From: Psammoneis japonica
Lineage: Eukaryota
Length of the DNA stretch: 64,000 nucleotides
Direction: 5' to 3'
NCBI GenBank assembly: GCA_008632985.1
Contig: QPGO01000013.1
Coordinates: forward strand, 744,001 to 808,000
Positions 34,901 to 49,707 of this stretch are shown here, in pieces (positions within the stretch are counted from its first letter, which is position 1; each line of letters begins with the position of its first letter). The translations under genes and the position numbers were made by a program. The notes beneath the pieces were generated by a model that was not told the DNA's origin, ran no database searches, and saw only the letters and a program-made list of their open reading frames with translations.

Positions 34901-37900
34901 CAACTTATTCAGAGCGAGCAACGCAACCTTAACAAAACAGAAGCGCACGTTGCTTAAGATCACAAACGAGTATCAAAAGGCAGCTTCATGATAATGAACT
35001 CACTTCTCGCAATCCCTGTTTCCGCGCCGTCTTGGCCATTCGAATTGCTGTCCATGGACGATCGTGAAGGGTGGCAAGCGTGCCGGGTTCAACGACGGCC
35101 TGGAAATTAGATGTGATTGCACTGAACATATGTGTTCGCCACAGGAAGAGGTCTTCCCACACGGAAAGCCTTTCGAATTCATTCGGCAAACGGTGTCGCC
35201 ATGCGCTGCGCGAGCAATAGGTATGCCAACCAACAGCGTTAGATCTCCAGCCCTTCAATAAGACTACAGCAATAAAGACCCACAACCAAACTCACCTGAG
35301 CAAATTCTTTAAATCCGGGAGTGTCCGTCCACTTGCGTGATTCTTCGTTTCCACCATTATTTGTCCTGACTCTCTCAATTCAACGAGACGATGGAAGAAT
35401 TGAAGCAAACAGACATGAGCGTCACTACCACGAGATATGTCCGGCAGCAGCTGCCATTGGTGAAGAGAGAGCTGAGCCGTTTGGGCGTGGAGGTTTTCAA
35501 CTTCACTTAATTTTCCTTCGGCGATCGCAAGAAGAATTTCACTCATTTTAATACATGGATCCCCCATTTCCACTGCGGCTACAAGAGAGGATTTTGTGCA
35601 TAGTCTTCGAACAGAGTCCCAACTTTGCGATTTCCACGCAGCTTCCAGGAGAAGTCGCGGGTTCTGCGATGATTTGGCATACTCTGATACTACCTGCCAC
35701 TGGCCCATTTCTTTCTGTAGGCCGATCCATCTCTCCTCCCAAAGGTCCAGCTCGAAATCAGACGGAATTGGCTTGTCGGACGCTTCGGCTTTTTCGATAA
35801 GAGCCTCATATGCGTTAAGAGCCTCAATGACCATGCCGTGACGATCCAGAGAAAGTGCCCACTTGCTCTCCTGCATCACGCAAGACTTGGCTGCTAGAAC
35901 CAAACCCGAGTCAGACTCTCCGAGGCGATTGTAGCAGGTGCGAACCGCTGCTTTCGTCTTTTCCTTCACAGCAGAAACTTGCGGATTAGCAGTGTCCATA
36001 GACGACATCACTGAACCTTGCCTCTCGAGAATCGACAGCACCTCATGCCACGAGCTGTAACTATCTGCAAGAGTTAGCAAGAGATCGGTGTCAATTGATG
36101 GCGTGGGTCTCAATTCCCCAATAGCTCGAAGTGTCGTTTTCACAGCGTTGTGTCTGGCCGTTCTTAGCCTGCACCAAAACCCCTCATCGGAAACAGCTGG
36201 TACGGCTGGCGACTGCTTTAGAAACTGGGAATGAAACGGACGAGCCAACAAGGATTCCATCGCGGGCACTATTTCCAGTCGTATGTAGTCATTGGGAAGC
36301 TTCGCCCACGCAGAAACAAGCAAGCTTTTGAACAGGCGTTGGCAAAGAGAAAAGTCACCGTGTGCGAGAACTCTAACGGAATCAATGCACTTCCCACGTG
36401 CATCCGTCAAAGACGACTTCTCTTCATTCATCTGCTTACAAAAAGCACTGTAGCAGTGATCGAATTTCTCCAGCCTTTGTACGTAGAACGAAGAGGAAAC
36501 TTCGTCGCTTTGACGAGGTTGAGGCAACCACGTCCCGTCCAGTCCGTCGACAACGGAGTGTACCTTAGAGCATAAACGCACACCACCAGCGCGTTTGCTG
36601 GTAGCCAACAACGAATCGACGAACACTGCATTCCAATACCTACCACCCAAGCCTTCGTAATCGCTGTGAAAGAGTTGCCACAAGACATCCAATGGGCTAC
36701 GGCTACGGTTCCGTGCGCCTTCAAGGGGAGTGTTGTTGGCGTCGTCTACACCGCTGTCAGAGAATGAGGTACTTCTTGAGGCGAAAAAGAAAGCTTGCAT
36801 GCCATAAATATCGAGAAGTTTTGACCGTATCGATGGGTTGGCACTTAGCAGACAAGCGACAACCGTCCTTCCCATGAAGCAGTCACGATTCACAGTTCGT
36901 CCGAAAGTCGAGCCACGTGGAATGGAATAGCCATCTCCCCTTCGCATCGCCATTACAACACACGCAACAAGATCAGCAACTGGCTGCGCCGTAACGTCAG
37001 AGAGCCCATTGAAGTCGAAGGAGGAGAGCTTCCACAGAAAACTATCCCTTTCTTTTGACGTCAATAGCCCGTCGGATTCCTTCGCGACCAACCATTTGCC
37101 GATAATACTGACACAGGTCATCAATATCTGTACATTGTCACTGAGGTCAAGCAGGTTGCTGACAACCTGAAAGAAGGTTCGTCTGTTCACTGTGAAGGAC
37201 AATGGAACGCTGCTACTGGCGACAAGGCGCAGGCATTTAGTTAGACTTCTCAATGCCGTACCCAGCGGTTGCACATTTCGCCCTTGTTGCCCGTCGTTCA
37301 CTACCGCGGGCTTAGAGTTGCCGCTTACAACCGTCTGTATGTGCTCCCCGGAGCATGCGTCTGAAAAAATACCGGCCGTCGGCGTTACATGCATTTCATG
37401 GACGACCCGCGATCCCATTTGTTGAGAAGACGAGGAAAGATGCCTCTGGTGTGAAGACGCTTCTTGCGCGTGCTTCTTTGCCAAGTTCTTTGTTAAAGAA
37501 GACAGGCTACCAACAAACCTCTCCACGAACTCAGGGTTGGACATGCATATTTTCTCGACCACTTCAACGCAAAACCACGCAGGGCAATCATCGCCGACAC
37601 CCTTGTAAACGCCAGGAGCTGTCTTCTCTTTGGTTCTGGCGTCGCTCTGTCCAGCGTTGTCTGAGCCTCTCCCGTTTGAGCCTGTCAACTCTGAGGCGTC
37701 TGGATTGGTCGCATCAACAATGGCCTTCTCCATGATAGCCGAGATTTGAAAAAGATCTTCCTCGTAGAAAGTGACGCCGCTGTGTCGAGAGAACACCTGG
37801 ACAAGGAATCTTCGAAGCTGCTCCCTGATACTTTTGCCTTCTTCGCTGCCAGCTCTGGAAATACAAGGCACCATAATTTCTTTTATCTTCGAGGCATTGT

Positions 37901-40900
37901 CGCGCAAGAATGTATTTTGAGGCGCGTCTTCGGCGAGGCTCACAAAAATGTCTAAGCATGCACTAAGGAGCTGAGTCGATACACTCCGCGAGTCGTCTTT
38001 GCCTCTACTATTGCTGGACTCCTTCGAGGGTTTTCCCGCTTTGCCGCCTCCCTTTCCACCAACGACCTTCGTTTTAGTCGTCTCCTTCGACGCCTTTTCG
38101 TTTCGGTCCGAAGTTGACTCAGGAGCCATAGCGGCTGACGCACTGTCTTGAACGCACATTGCAACTACCTTATCGAAATTCATTGGGTGTATCGCAAACC
38201 TTTTCCACCTTTTCAGGATAGTTCTGAACAGTGCGTTGCTCCTTTCTGCCAGTGGTCGGTGAGCACCTTCAACTTTTGAGTCGGCAAGCAGAATCCTCAG
38301 ACGAACCAGAAAGTTTAGAATGGTATCGATCTGCAGCCATTTTCGATAACAAAGGGTTAATGACGGGGCGAAAACTGCCGCAATAGTGGCGACGAACGAG
38401 TACCTACCATGCTATTGTCAAGACTGAAAAGCTCTTCAACAGTTTCGTCAGTTGGACAGGTCGTATCTACATTGGAAGATACTGACTTCCCGTCAAGATT
38501 CTTGCGTCGCTTGGCATTTGCGCTATTGTCATCTTCATCTTTCGAATCGCGACGGCGCTTTCCGCGGGTGACGGCAATACTCGCAGCATCGGCAGAGTTC
38601 TCTTCCACCTCGCATTGGGCATTTTTACTCCGCTGTCTCTCATCCCACTGCAAAACCAGTTCTAATATTGACAAAGTCAGTTCCTTGTTTTCTTGAGGAG
38701 AATTGGGTGGCAGACCAAGTCGATGCACCGAATTAATCATGTGTCGGACAAAGCGATGGCGATGACTGTAGAATATGTCTGGACTCTGCACAACAACATG
38801 CCAGATATGCGCCAGCTGAGGTACCGAATTGCCTTCTTCGTACATAATTTTATTTGTAAAGTCAATCGCTTTCCGAAATTCGCCCTCAGAAAGTCTCTCG
38901 GGAAGCACGGGAACAAGAACCCCAAGAGCAGAGCGCACCAGATCCTTCCCATCTTGGTGTGCACGTAGCAGCGCTACATAGACTTGAAGAATGATCTTCG
39001 GCGGGGCTTCATACACAGCAATGAATTGACATACATTCACATAAGCCCAATTCTTGCAGCTCGCTTGCTCACTCTTGAGAATGTTCCAAGGAAACTTAAT
39101 CAAATCCGTTCGGTATTCAGACATATGCTGCCAGCTATTTTCAAGGAGGACCGTCGACATCTTCAGCAACTCGGCCTTCAAAGGAGAGCAAACGTCGAGT
39201 TTGTGAGGATGGAGAGGGTTTGACAAAATGGCGAACGCGAAATCGTACCTTCAGTCGTTCGCCACACTTTACAGGATTGCCGTCACGGAAAAGCACGTTT
39301 TTAACAAACTTGCGCGTCATAGCACCGTCGAGGACGGACCCGCCATGATCCTCCCCAACAACATTATTGGCGCCCCCAAGGCTTGAAACTATTGGCATCA
39401 CAAGCAGCTGAATAGTGAGGATTTTGGTTTCTTCAGAACCCTCGCCAGTAAGTAGTGCAAAGAATAGTTGTATAACCTTCGTCTTTCGTTCATGTGCGAG
39501 AACCGAAGAGACAGTCTGCGCCAGATAACTCCGAACAAAGGTGAAATCAGTGGTGGTAGTCTGAAGGAAGATACGAATTAACTCAAAGAGAACATCGACA
39601 TCGCTGGGGAATGCCTTTGAGTAATTGACCAGAAATCTTGCGAGCATCTTGGATTCAACATGGAACCGAGGCGCCATAGATTCCTCATGCTGTAGTCGCA
39701 GGTGTCGACCCTTTGAACGCCAAAGCCACCGAAACGCTCTAACGACGTCATTGTGGTCACGGAGATAACTCGAATCGTTCTCAACGAGCGTGTCCACCAG
39801 TTTCAACCCTTGATACTGCAGTTCGAGTGCATCGATTGTCATTGGTCGCGTCACGGGATACTTGCTATCGTTAGAATTCGAAGGCGGACTAGTTGCCTGC
39901 GCTAGCTCAGTAGCATATCGTTGCTTCGACTTGTTCAGGTCTGACTGCGCCCGCTCGTACGCAGCCTGGGCCATTTGAATTTGCCTTCTTGCATCTTCAA
40001 CGACTGGTCCAGGCTGCTCGGATGCTGCCAGTTTTGCCTGGAACTTCTCCTTTGTACGAAGAGCTTCTTGTTGCAGAACCGCCACTTTTTTCTGTTGAGT
40101 GTCAATATCTTGACGCATAGCCGCCGTTTCTTCTTTTGACTTCGGGCGGGATGTGTAGTCAGGGGCTATGCCGTGCATAGTCAGAATCTCACTGGCAGTC
40201 TTTTGAGATGAAGTCGGAGCCGTGTTCGATGAAGGTGCTTTTTCTGACCGAATGATTGCCAATGGCCGCTCAAAACAAACATTAAGCAATGTAACGGAGC
40301 ACTGCCTACCGCTAAGATAGGACCGAAGCTCCTGCGAATCTTTTCGAGATACGACATCTTGGAAAAGTTCACTGTATATGGGATTTGATAGCCTGGAGAA
40401 GAAGAAGCCGACTGTGTACTGACAGTATTTGTTCAGGTACCTCGCAAGCGGATCTCTATACACCGAGCGCACATGGCGAGGCTTGTACCTTGGCAACGCA
40501 TGCTCAAGCTTTATGGTGGTTTTCACAAGTGGTTCCACGAAGTGAGATGCGTGAGGGAGCAGCGAAAACAAGTCAAGTATCGCCGCAGCAACATCCGGCT
40601 CTTCGCCTTTCCTCCAGATCCGAAGAGAGATCACCCGCTCCGGGTCAGTCCATTTCTGCAAATGATCTAACAGCTTCTCGCCCAGAGTCTTATTGAACCA
40701 TGTTGACAACAGAGAGAGAAGCCTCGAAAGTCCGTTCAGCAACGGAACTGTGAGCCTTGCATAGTCCCTCAGATTCAACAGCACTGGCCGAATGCAAGTT
40801 TGCAGCAACTCCTTGGGTAAGCGTGACTGCGCCTTACCTCCTTCGTCTCCGTCTTTCGTCGTCAAAATGCTAAGCGATAGAACATCGCGGAGAGCCTCGT

Positions 40901-43900
40901 GGGCAGCCAATACGGACTGCGCGGGATTTGCCACTAGCGACCGGAACAGTAGACTAACTACATGCGGCCGTATGTTACCTGAAGAAAGAATCGCGGTGAT
41001 GTTAGGAACGAGGCAGGCAGGGCAAAGCAAACAAAAACGACGTGACATACCGATGGGAGTTGCAGCATCAGCGTCAAAGAACTCATCTGCGTTGTGCCTT
41101 ATGATTCCTCTGAACAGTTTCAGAGATGAGACACGAAGATGGACTCCTTGGGGCATCTCCTCTGGCACAATAACATATACACCATCTGTCTCAGTGTCTA
41201 CGATACACTCCTTTCGTAGGAACATTCCAGAAGCATGAGACAAGGATGTCAATTTCTTCGCAAACAACGGTACATTCTGAGCCGGGAGAGTAGCATACCC
41301 GTTCTTGTCCACCGCTACGCCACCGAGCGATGCATCGGCGATTTCTCCGTCCGCAATTGATGACATCTTCAAAAGTTCGGATAGAAATGCAAGCAGGTGT
41401 TGGTCTGACAGAGGGACGAGACCAGGAACACATCCCATAAGGAATGCCAACCCTTCCACCACTCCAGCTTGCTCCGGAAGAGGCAATATTCGAAGCGACC
41501 GAGAGAACAAGACTCGTTTCACTGTAGCTGTGTGACTCGACAGAACATTCTTTATATCGTTCTCAGAGCAACCCTGTAAAACGAAATGCCGAAGAGCAAA
41601 CCGAACAGCGAACCTGCAATAAAGGAAAAAGAAAGATAGTAATGAGTAAGAATTTACCAGATATTTCGAGCCACAACCACATAAAAGTTACCTACCGAAG
41701 GAGATGCTTTGAAGACCCCATTTCACCGAGAAGTAGGTTGACAACGTCGTCCCGAGGCCGCGCGATCCCGTCCTTCTCAGAAGATGGCTCCGACTTCGCA
41801 GTCACTACATTGCTGGTTTGTTCGCCTTGTTTCGCATGGTCGCTGATATCTTTCCCGCTTGTGCTGTCTTTATCAATGTCTTTCAAGTTCGGGGAGGCCT
41901 TGGCATTCGGAACTTCCTGCTTTGTATCCTTGCCCAAACCTTCACCAATCACTGTAGAACAGCTTAATTCCTTGACAGCCTTCCCAGCAGCCGGGGAGGC
42001 GCCGCCCGAACAATCACTCTCAGGATTTTGCCCCGCGGAATCTTTCAATTCTACCGCATGCTTCTCGGGAGACACACTTTTGTGTTTCTTTTCGCTAAAA
42101 AGCGAATCATATATAATCTCACCATTTCTATCTTTCCAGCTTTCTGGATGTCCATAAAGTGTCACACAGACGCGAAATAAGAACTTAAAAGAAGAAGAAG
42201 CAGCAGCAGCAATCTCCCGCGGCGAAATCTTCACCGCAGATATTGCAACTTCCATCAGCTCCATTTCGTATCGCCTCGCCCACGAGGACCCAAGCCCGTC
42301 GAGGATAACGCAAATGGCCTCAAATGCCCCGCGACGCGTATTCCATGGGCGAGATGAGCATCTTTCGCACAACACTCTAAGCAAGTTTTCAAAGAAGAAG
42401 TCGATTCCATCTTCAGGAGCGTCTGTATCGCCTGATCGTAGACACCGCGAAAGCGAAAGCAGGTGCCTTACCAAGTTCAGTGCAACATGCCTCGTTTCAT
42501 CATTCTGCACACACAGGAATTCCGATATCGATTTGTTTAGCATAAACAGATTCGCTTTACCGCGAAAGGGCCCTGTCCACCTGAAGTAACCAAACGGTTT
42601 CACGGAAGGTTGGGCTTTTTTTGAATGGCCTTCTTCAACCGCCGCTGCCTTGCCTCCTTTCTCACTTTCCTTCATCTCTTTCGAAACAGTGCTGTCCGAC
42701 GGAGTGGCCTTGGCAGGGTCTGCCCGATCCTTGAGAGGCGATTCATTTTGTTCTCCAGTTTGATCTTTCTTCAATGCTACCGTCGTAGCAGACGGAATCA
42801 ATGAGCCATTAGCGTCGATGCGCATAACGTGGTGGCGTAAACTCATCGCCACAAACAAAACATGGGTGGAAAATCCACGCAACAATATCCATGCTTCCTC
42901 TTTGGTAGACTCAATGACGGAAGCATATAAGAGGCCGGTACAAATCAACACAAGAGTCGAATCACGGGCTCTAGCAAGGCGAGACGTAGACGACAAGCAA
43001 GAATTATCGGTCAAGGCTGACTTCGCAAGACGATTCACGTCTCCTTGGCTCATTTCTTCCAAGTCGCCTCTTTCGTCTAACCTGTTTTCAGATTTTCCTG
43101 ACGAACCAAGCAGCTCGATTTTCGACAAATCCCCATCATCGACCTCAACAATCGCAGCAAGGGAAGATCGAACAACAGCGATAGCTGCCTCAGCCTGGTG
43201 GCGCATAGTCTCTTCCGTGACATTTTTGCAGTACGCCGCAAAGTCAACTTCCTCCATGTTTGCGGTCCAGAGCTCATTATAGTCGTTCCATGAAAGGGTG
43301 CGAAGCTTGTCACCATCATTATTGCCACCCTCAGCTACACCGTCTTTGTTCACTGTTTTTTCTATTTCCGCTGAAGTTGCAACCATGCGAAGGACCTCAA
43401 CTGCTCGATCAAGGGGTAAGGGGAGCGCGAAACGGTCATCGTTCTTCTCACCGTTTTCATCTTCAGTCTTCGAGTGGGCATTTAATGGACTTCCCTGACC
43501 TTCTGCTTCATCTGTTGACTTTTCAATGTAATGAGCCTTGGATGGAAACCATTCGCATTCCAATGTCAAAACATCGTCATTTATCTTGTCGTAAGGATCG
43601 AGATCCATCGGTTCGCGTAGAAACCTTCGATTCTTCCCGCCCAACTTCCCTAGCAGTCTTACAGTCAAGAGGCCGTAGGGATATGGTGCCGGTCGTAGGT
43701 GACCAGTCAAAGCCGCCATTAGTTCGGTGAGGATGTCAGTTTGCTTAGACAGAATCGGGTAGAGGAAATCTGGATTGAGATTGTCTACCCAAAACTCCAA
43801 CGTTCGTAATCTGAAGCAGAGCAGCAAAACAAACCACATAAATCAACTGTGTCAACGTTATTCAAATCACCCCGCAAAAGCAATCACTCACCCCAAATTG

Positions 43901-46876
43901 ACCAGTTCGCCTCTTCTAGATTGGAGCGAGGGTATGATGACACGCAAGAGCAGCGGCATATGCGGCAGCAGTGAAGAGAGCCGAGCAGGAATAGTGAGAC
44001 AGAGCTCCAGAATTGAAAAGCGGAAGATCTGGCGTTTCGCAATATATCCGATACAATCCATTGAGCGCGGTGGGAATCAGCGGCAGTAACTCTTTGTAAG
44101 AATCTTCAAACTTTCCGGCCGATATGGAACGAAACACAATCGTAAGGAGGGAATAGTAGTTGCTTGGAACCACATGTGGATGATGCATAGCGTTACCAAG
44201 GCACGTTGCAACAATTTTCTGCAAGTGAGGACGTAGCGCCGTTTCGTTTTCGGGATACACCGACAACGTCTTGAGGACACGCTCAAACAAGGACAGAATC
44301 GTGCTTGCTCGACGATTCGCCAAGTCCATGGTCTCTTTTGTTTTATCTGCCTTTAGGCGTTTCAAGCTTTCCTCGTATCTCTCGGCAATATTATCTGAAA
44401 CGGACACTGGCTTGATAAACAAGTACTTCTCTGAGCAGCTCTGAGCGACAGCAAGATCATCCATCCTTTCGACTAGAAATGCCAGAAGCACTTGACTCAA
44501 GTCGAAGCTGACTTGAGGATTCGATGCTAGCAAATGCCGAGGAATCACCATGACATGCGGGTCTTCGACAATGGCGTCAAACAGCATTTCGACCCGCATC
44601 CCAACGGTTCGTTTGAGATTGAACCCGTCCAACGCTTCAAAGGCTGACGCAAAGAATGCCAGGACATTACGGTATTGTTCGTCTGAACTTCGTGGCGATG
44701 ACTCGCTTTTGCCGTGGTCGTCATCCTTGTCTTTGAAAATCGCCAGACACGGCAAACCATTTACAATGTACCTGTCAATGAGTTCTCTTTCCCAATTTGA
44801 CAGTTTCAGCATGGCTGTTGCTACTTCGTCATTGTTGGTCGTTAGTGCCGGAGGTGCGGTGGCAGACGAGCTCCCCGACGAAGACTGCTGCTCCTTTAGA
44901 AGCTTTTCTCGCTGATGGCGGTAACTGACGATATAAGACATGACCGTCTTTAGTCCCACCACGATGTACTTTACCATGGACTGCACATCCCGTCTAGTAG
45001 AAGGACTGACAGAATCACTGGTACCTTCGAGATTCGGATTCGTCATCATGTCCTTCCACTTGGAAACAAAGGGCTCATGGTCTTGCGGTTGCGCCTTATC
45101 CGTATCACCGCTTGCGTCTTGTGGCTCGCTTGCCGTGGTGGTCTCGTCTCCTTTACCTTCTGACGAATCATCGACGTCCATATCTCCTGCTTTGTCCTTG
45201 TCGGTCATCGCAGGTGCCTTGTCGACGGTCTCGGTTTCTTCATCGCCCTTTCCAGCTCCTTCCGCTGCTTTGTCCGAGGCACTCGCGTCTGGTCCTAGCT
45301 CTCGAGCTGTCTTTTCGGCGGGCTTGCTTCGAGCCATGTCAATACATTCCTCTCGAAGCATTTCCAGTTTATCCACAAACGTGTGCAAGATCCGTACTAG
45401 TATATCCCGTCCCGTTTGTGGATTTGGGTGCTTGTTTTGCAAGGCAACGTCTGCCAAAGTGAACAAGAGCCGTGTGGCGTTGATTTGAATCGACGCTCCC
45501 AAGGTACAATCGTGCAAGACGGCCGAAAACATGTGCACCACACGAGACAATTGATGAATGTTAAAGAGACCACGAGCACAGTGACAAAAGTCCGCGAGTG
45601 CGGAATAGGCATAGGGCCGAATGGACGGTGGATGCTGCAAAGCGGCATTCTTGCTGCTGGTGGTGGAGGACCCAAACAAGATGCGTTCATCCAACATGGC
45701 ATCAATGTGACGATAGAAACCCTGTCGAAAATCCGTCGCCAGCACATGGCGGGTGCTGACGAGCAATTCTTTTCGAATCGTGATTAAATCCCGTGGACAA
45801 CACTTCATGAGTGCGACAACGTGCGATGCAATCTTGTCTTGATAAGCCTTCATTTGATCCGCAAAGCCTCGAAATAGATACGTAAGAAAGGATAGAGTTT
45901 TGGATTGTGCCGCCAAGAGTTGTTGAGACCGAATGGTATACAAACGCTCCAAGCTCTTGTCCTTCTTGGTCAGTGGCGGTGGACGCAACGCCAGGGCTTC
46001 CACCATGAGATTGATGAGAGGCGGAATGTTGGTCTTGAGAAACTTGGGGTATAGCTGAAGAAGCAACATGACGGTCAAGGGACACTCCGTCAAGACACGA
46101 AAGGAACAAGTCGATTTTAGCGCCAACCGCACCACGGGCGTTGAGGAGGAGGACGGCAGAGAAGACGACGAAGAAGAAGATTTCAGCAGTGGGGAATCCA
46201 TGTCCATACTATTCGTACTCGCATCATCTGTCGTTGTCTTGCTGGACAGAGACGAAGCGGCAGGAGCTTCTGCTGCTGCTGCTGCTGTGGACGCGTCTTT
46301 TGTTGTTGCTGTTGGTTTAGCTTCTGCAGCAACAGGTGGCGATGGTTGGAAGTTACGTTGAACCGCGGTGGGTAATGATCGCAAACAATTCTGAACAAAA
46401 TCCAAAAATGGTTGAACCTGGTCTTGATGGAGCGGTCTGTAATTCTTGTGTAAGTCAAAGACAATTCTCGACGCCACAAAGGCATTATCTTCGTAGTCCT
46501 TGATTAGAACGTCCATGGCCACAGCCAGAATAGATTGCGCATGAGGCCGAAGCACCTCGTTGTTGGGCAATCGACTGAGCAATTCCAACACTGAGTTTCG
46601 TAATAAGTGTTCCTTGGACGTCACATCGGGGTTGGGTCGAGTCGTATGCATCAATACAGACACAAAGACTGGCAATAGATTGCTCAGCATGGAGGGAAAC
46701 TCGGTTGTATGGACGATATCCATGCGCTGCTCACGAATCTCATTCGCTGCTTGTAACCCTACAGCGTGATCCGCACCCAACAAGCGCTTGCGAACCGGTT
46801 CCCAATCCACATTGGTACTCGCTCTGGTGCTGCTAGCATCACCAGTGCCTTGCGCTTCAGTCGGCGGCGGCGCCAT
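31931..46876 (-). CDS. TRRAP: TRRAP/Tra1, PIKK-family scaffold of SAGA/NuA4; multi-exon
   Basis: Tra1 motifs SFRVLTECPLTVMLL, RKELLVSTRHVL, LRTLEFWVDNLNPDFL, RLLGKLGGKNRRFL, LPKELLQTCIRPVL, FAT-region WRHRLPN, C-terminal DPNRLCMMAPNYQAWL. About ten GT-AG introns; one apparent frameshift near 44020. Confidence 0.95.
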
Positions 46877-47285
46877 GGTTCTTCGATCTTCGATCGGTGC
46901 GTGTTGATTTTGCGCTTGCTGTTTGGGTCGACACCAACGCACTCATGGACGGACGACTTCGCGCCTTTTTGCGCGCATGCTCGCGCGTCAGGAGTTGACA
47001 CGCGCGCCAAAACGGCCGTACGTCCTTCGACCGGATGGAATGGTAGACGACGCGCGGACCACCGAACGCTGTTGGTGTTGACCACCATGATGGGACCATG
47101 GCGGCTCGATGATCATCACATCACTCCTGAGCAGGTCGGTCAAGCATCCAGTTTGAAAGAATCGTCTCGCACTGAACTGAAACGAGGTGAAATCAAATTA
47201 CCATAGAAGAAGTCATTTGAGGCGGTGAAATAACAGTTGCTACGTCGAAGTAAGAAAAGGTTGGTATTCTTTTTGCGTGAGCACC

Positions 47286-49421
47286 ATGATGTGCTGGTGG
47301 CAAAAACGGTTACTTGTCGCGATGGTATTATGCGAAACAACAGTTTCGGCATTTACTTCCTTGATTAAAACAAACTTCAAGCATTTTACAGTACAACAAG
47401 AGCCGAACCCACTTGTGTTGTCACTCAGTTTGTACGAGGAAGAAGAACGAACCACACGTCGAAGTAGAAGAATACGTCCGATGCGTCCCAACAGCGTAAA
47501 TCAACAAGAAGCAGAAAAACAACGTGTCGCAGAACAAGCTCAACGCGAGGCTCGACAATTGGCAGCACTACAGGATCCCACCTTGCTTTCTCAAACCAAA
47601 TTTAACGACATTCCCGGATTAGACAAGCGTCTTGCGCGAGCGTTGACGGATCAAATGGGCTTTGAGAAAATGACAGACATTCAAGCAAAAACGTACGCAC
47701 TCATTCTAAACGGATCAAACGTCGTTGGTCAAGCGCGAACCGGAACAGGCAAAACCCTGGCGTTTCTAGTTCCAATACTGCAGCAACTCTTGCAGGGAGA
47801 AACAACCTACATGGCGGGACGCAACATTGGCGCCTTGATTGTTGCACCCACCCGTGAATTGGCACAACAAATTGCTTCAGAGGCAGAGCTACTCCTGACT
47901 CATGTCAATACCGAAAACATTTCCGTTCAATGCTGTTTTGGTGGAACCAAAATGTCTCGAGACATTAATGCCTTGCGGAAACGACTGCCGACGCTCTTGG
48001 TGGCAACGCCGGGTCGATTAAAGGATCACTTGGTTCAAAAGACAAACATCAAGGGACGCAAGTTTGCCAGCATTTTACGAGAAACATCCATCTGTGTCTT
48101 GGATGAAACGGATCGTTTGTTGGATATGGGCTTTCGTAAAGACATTCAATCCATTCTGAACCACTGTGCGCGTCCCGAGAAACGACAAGTATTACTCTTT
48201 TCGGCAACCATTCCAAGAAACATGCAAATGCAAAGCATTTTAGGAAAAGAGTCGTATCAGCACGTTGACTGCTGTACTGGTAGTGCAGTAGATGATACGG
48301 AAAATAGTCGGGCAAGAACAAGGCCGCAACGACAAGATACAAACGTTCGAGTAGAGCAGTCTCATGTTGTATTGCCATCCATGGATCGATACGTATCAGC
48401 CCTCATTCAGATTCTATTGGAGTTTACTTCCTCTCAAAAACAAAACAGCAAGATTGTCGTGTTTTTGCCAACGTCAAGGACCGTATCCTTCTTTGCTATG
48501 TTTTTGGAAATGGCTCTCGACAATTCCATCCCAATCTTTGAAATGCACTCGCGAAAGTCACAGTCCGCTCGAAACAAGGTTAGCAGTGACTTTCGAAGGT
48601 GTAGACGCGGTATCCTACTAACCACCAATGTGTCAGCACGAGGTGAGTATCGAGAGAAACGGTTGGGTAAGGAGAATTGCATTGTTTTATTGTATTGTAT
48701 TACTTACACCGAATGTTTGTCTCGATTTTTACCTTTTCAGGTATTGACTATCCTGACGTGACGAATGTCGTGCAGGTAAGCCGTGTTGTTGGGAGACTGC
48801 TTCTACCATCATCGGTTCGATTGTCAAATCTTTGATTGCTCACAATATCCATTTTGTAATCTTGTCAATCACAGTATGGAGCACCCGACAGCAAGGAAAA
48901 CTACATTCACCGCTTGGGCCGCACAGGTCGAGCTGGAAAAGAGGGCCAAGGTTTGTTGGTGTTATTACCCTTTGAAGAAAGCTTTTTAAGACAACGGCGA
49001 CGAGGAAGACGCATGGATGGCATCCCGGAAAACGAGCGCATCTCACAAATGCTAAATGAACCGGTTCCAGAAGAAATGGTTGACTTGCTGGAGCCGCTAC
49101 AACGACGCATTGCGAGCGGCGACGCCAAACTTACAATTGGCGCTCAAGGGGTAAGTGGGCCAGAATGACTTTCAAGCTTATCTGTACTGTGTCTCACTGA
49201 TTGTCGATACTTTGTCTTTTGTGTTTCAGGCATATCGAGCCTTCCTAGCTTACTATGTGGAGCAGAAGCAACAATTAGGTCTTCAACCTATAGACGTTGT
49301 TGAGAACGCCAATCAATTTGCAAAGTGTACAGGACTGAAGTGGATACCATCAGTATCCGAATCAATTGTCTCAAGACTGAAGCTAAAAGGAGTTCCCGGA
49401 CTCGTGGTTGAAGATGACTGA
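47286..49421 (+). CDS. DEAD-box RNA helicase (Mss116/Has1-like, DETD variant), probably plastid-targeted; three introns in the 3' part
   Basis: GFEKMTDIQ, ARTGTGKT, PTRELA, TPGR, DETD, SAT, HRLGRTGR; N-terminal signal-like segment ending TVSAF. Confidence 0.88.
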
Positions 49422-49707
49422 AGTTCGGTCAGACTCATCTTCGAGAGACGCAACACAAAATACTGTAGTACATTAGCAACTGGCGTTTTGGGTCATGACT
49501 GCTCTTCGTGGTAGTCTCTCGCTTGGGTAGCTTTTTTGCTTTCCCCCAGCAGACTACCCAAAAGTGCGTACTTGAAAAGGTGCTGGTGGGGACTTCAAAC
49601 GGCAACTTAGTGGCTAAAACTTAGAAAGTGAATTCGTGCAGGACGGTATTGACAATCCCAGGAACAGCTCAAGCCAAGTGTAACGTGACAGTTTCTTTCA
49701 CGTGTTC

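Noticed and set aside
27693..46876. Chromatin gene cluster (DOT1-like near TRRAP)
   Set aside because: Only two genes, separated by an ABCG transporter; chance proximity suffices.
32722..47206. Plus-strand ORFs antisense to TRRAP
   Set aside because: Shadow ORFs of a long coding sequence; no motifs.
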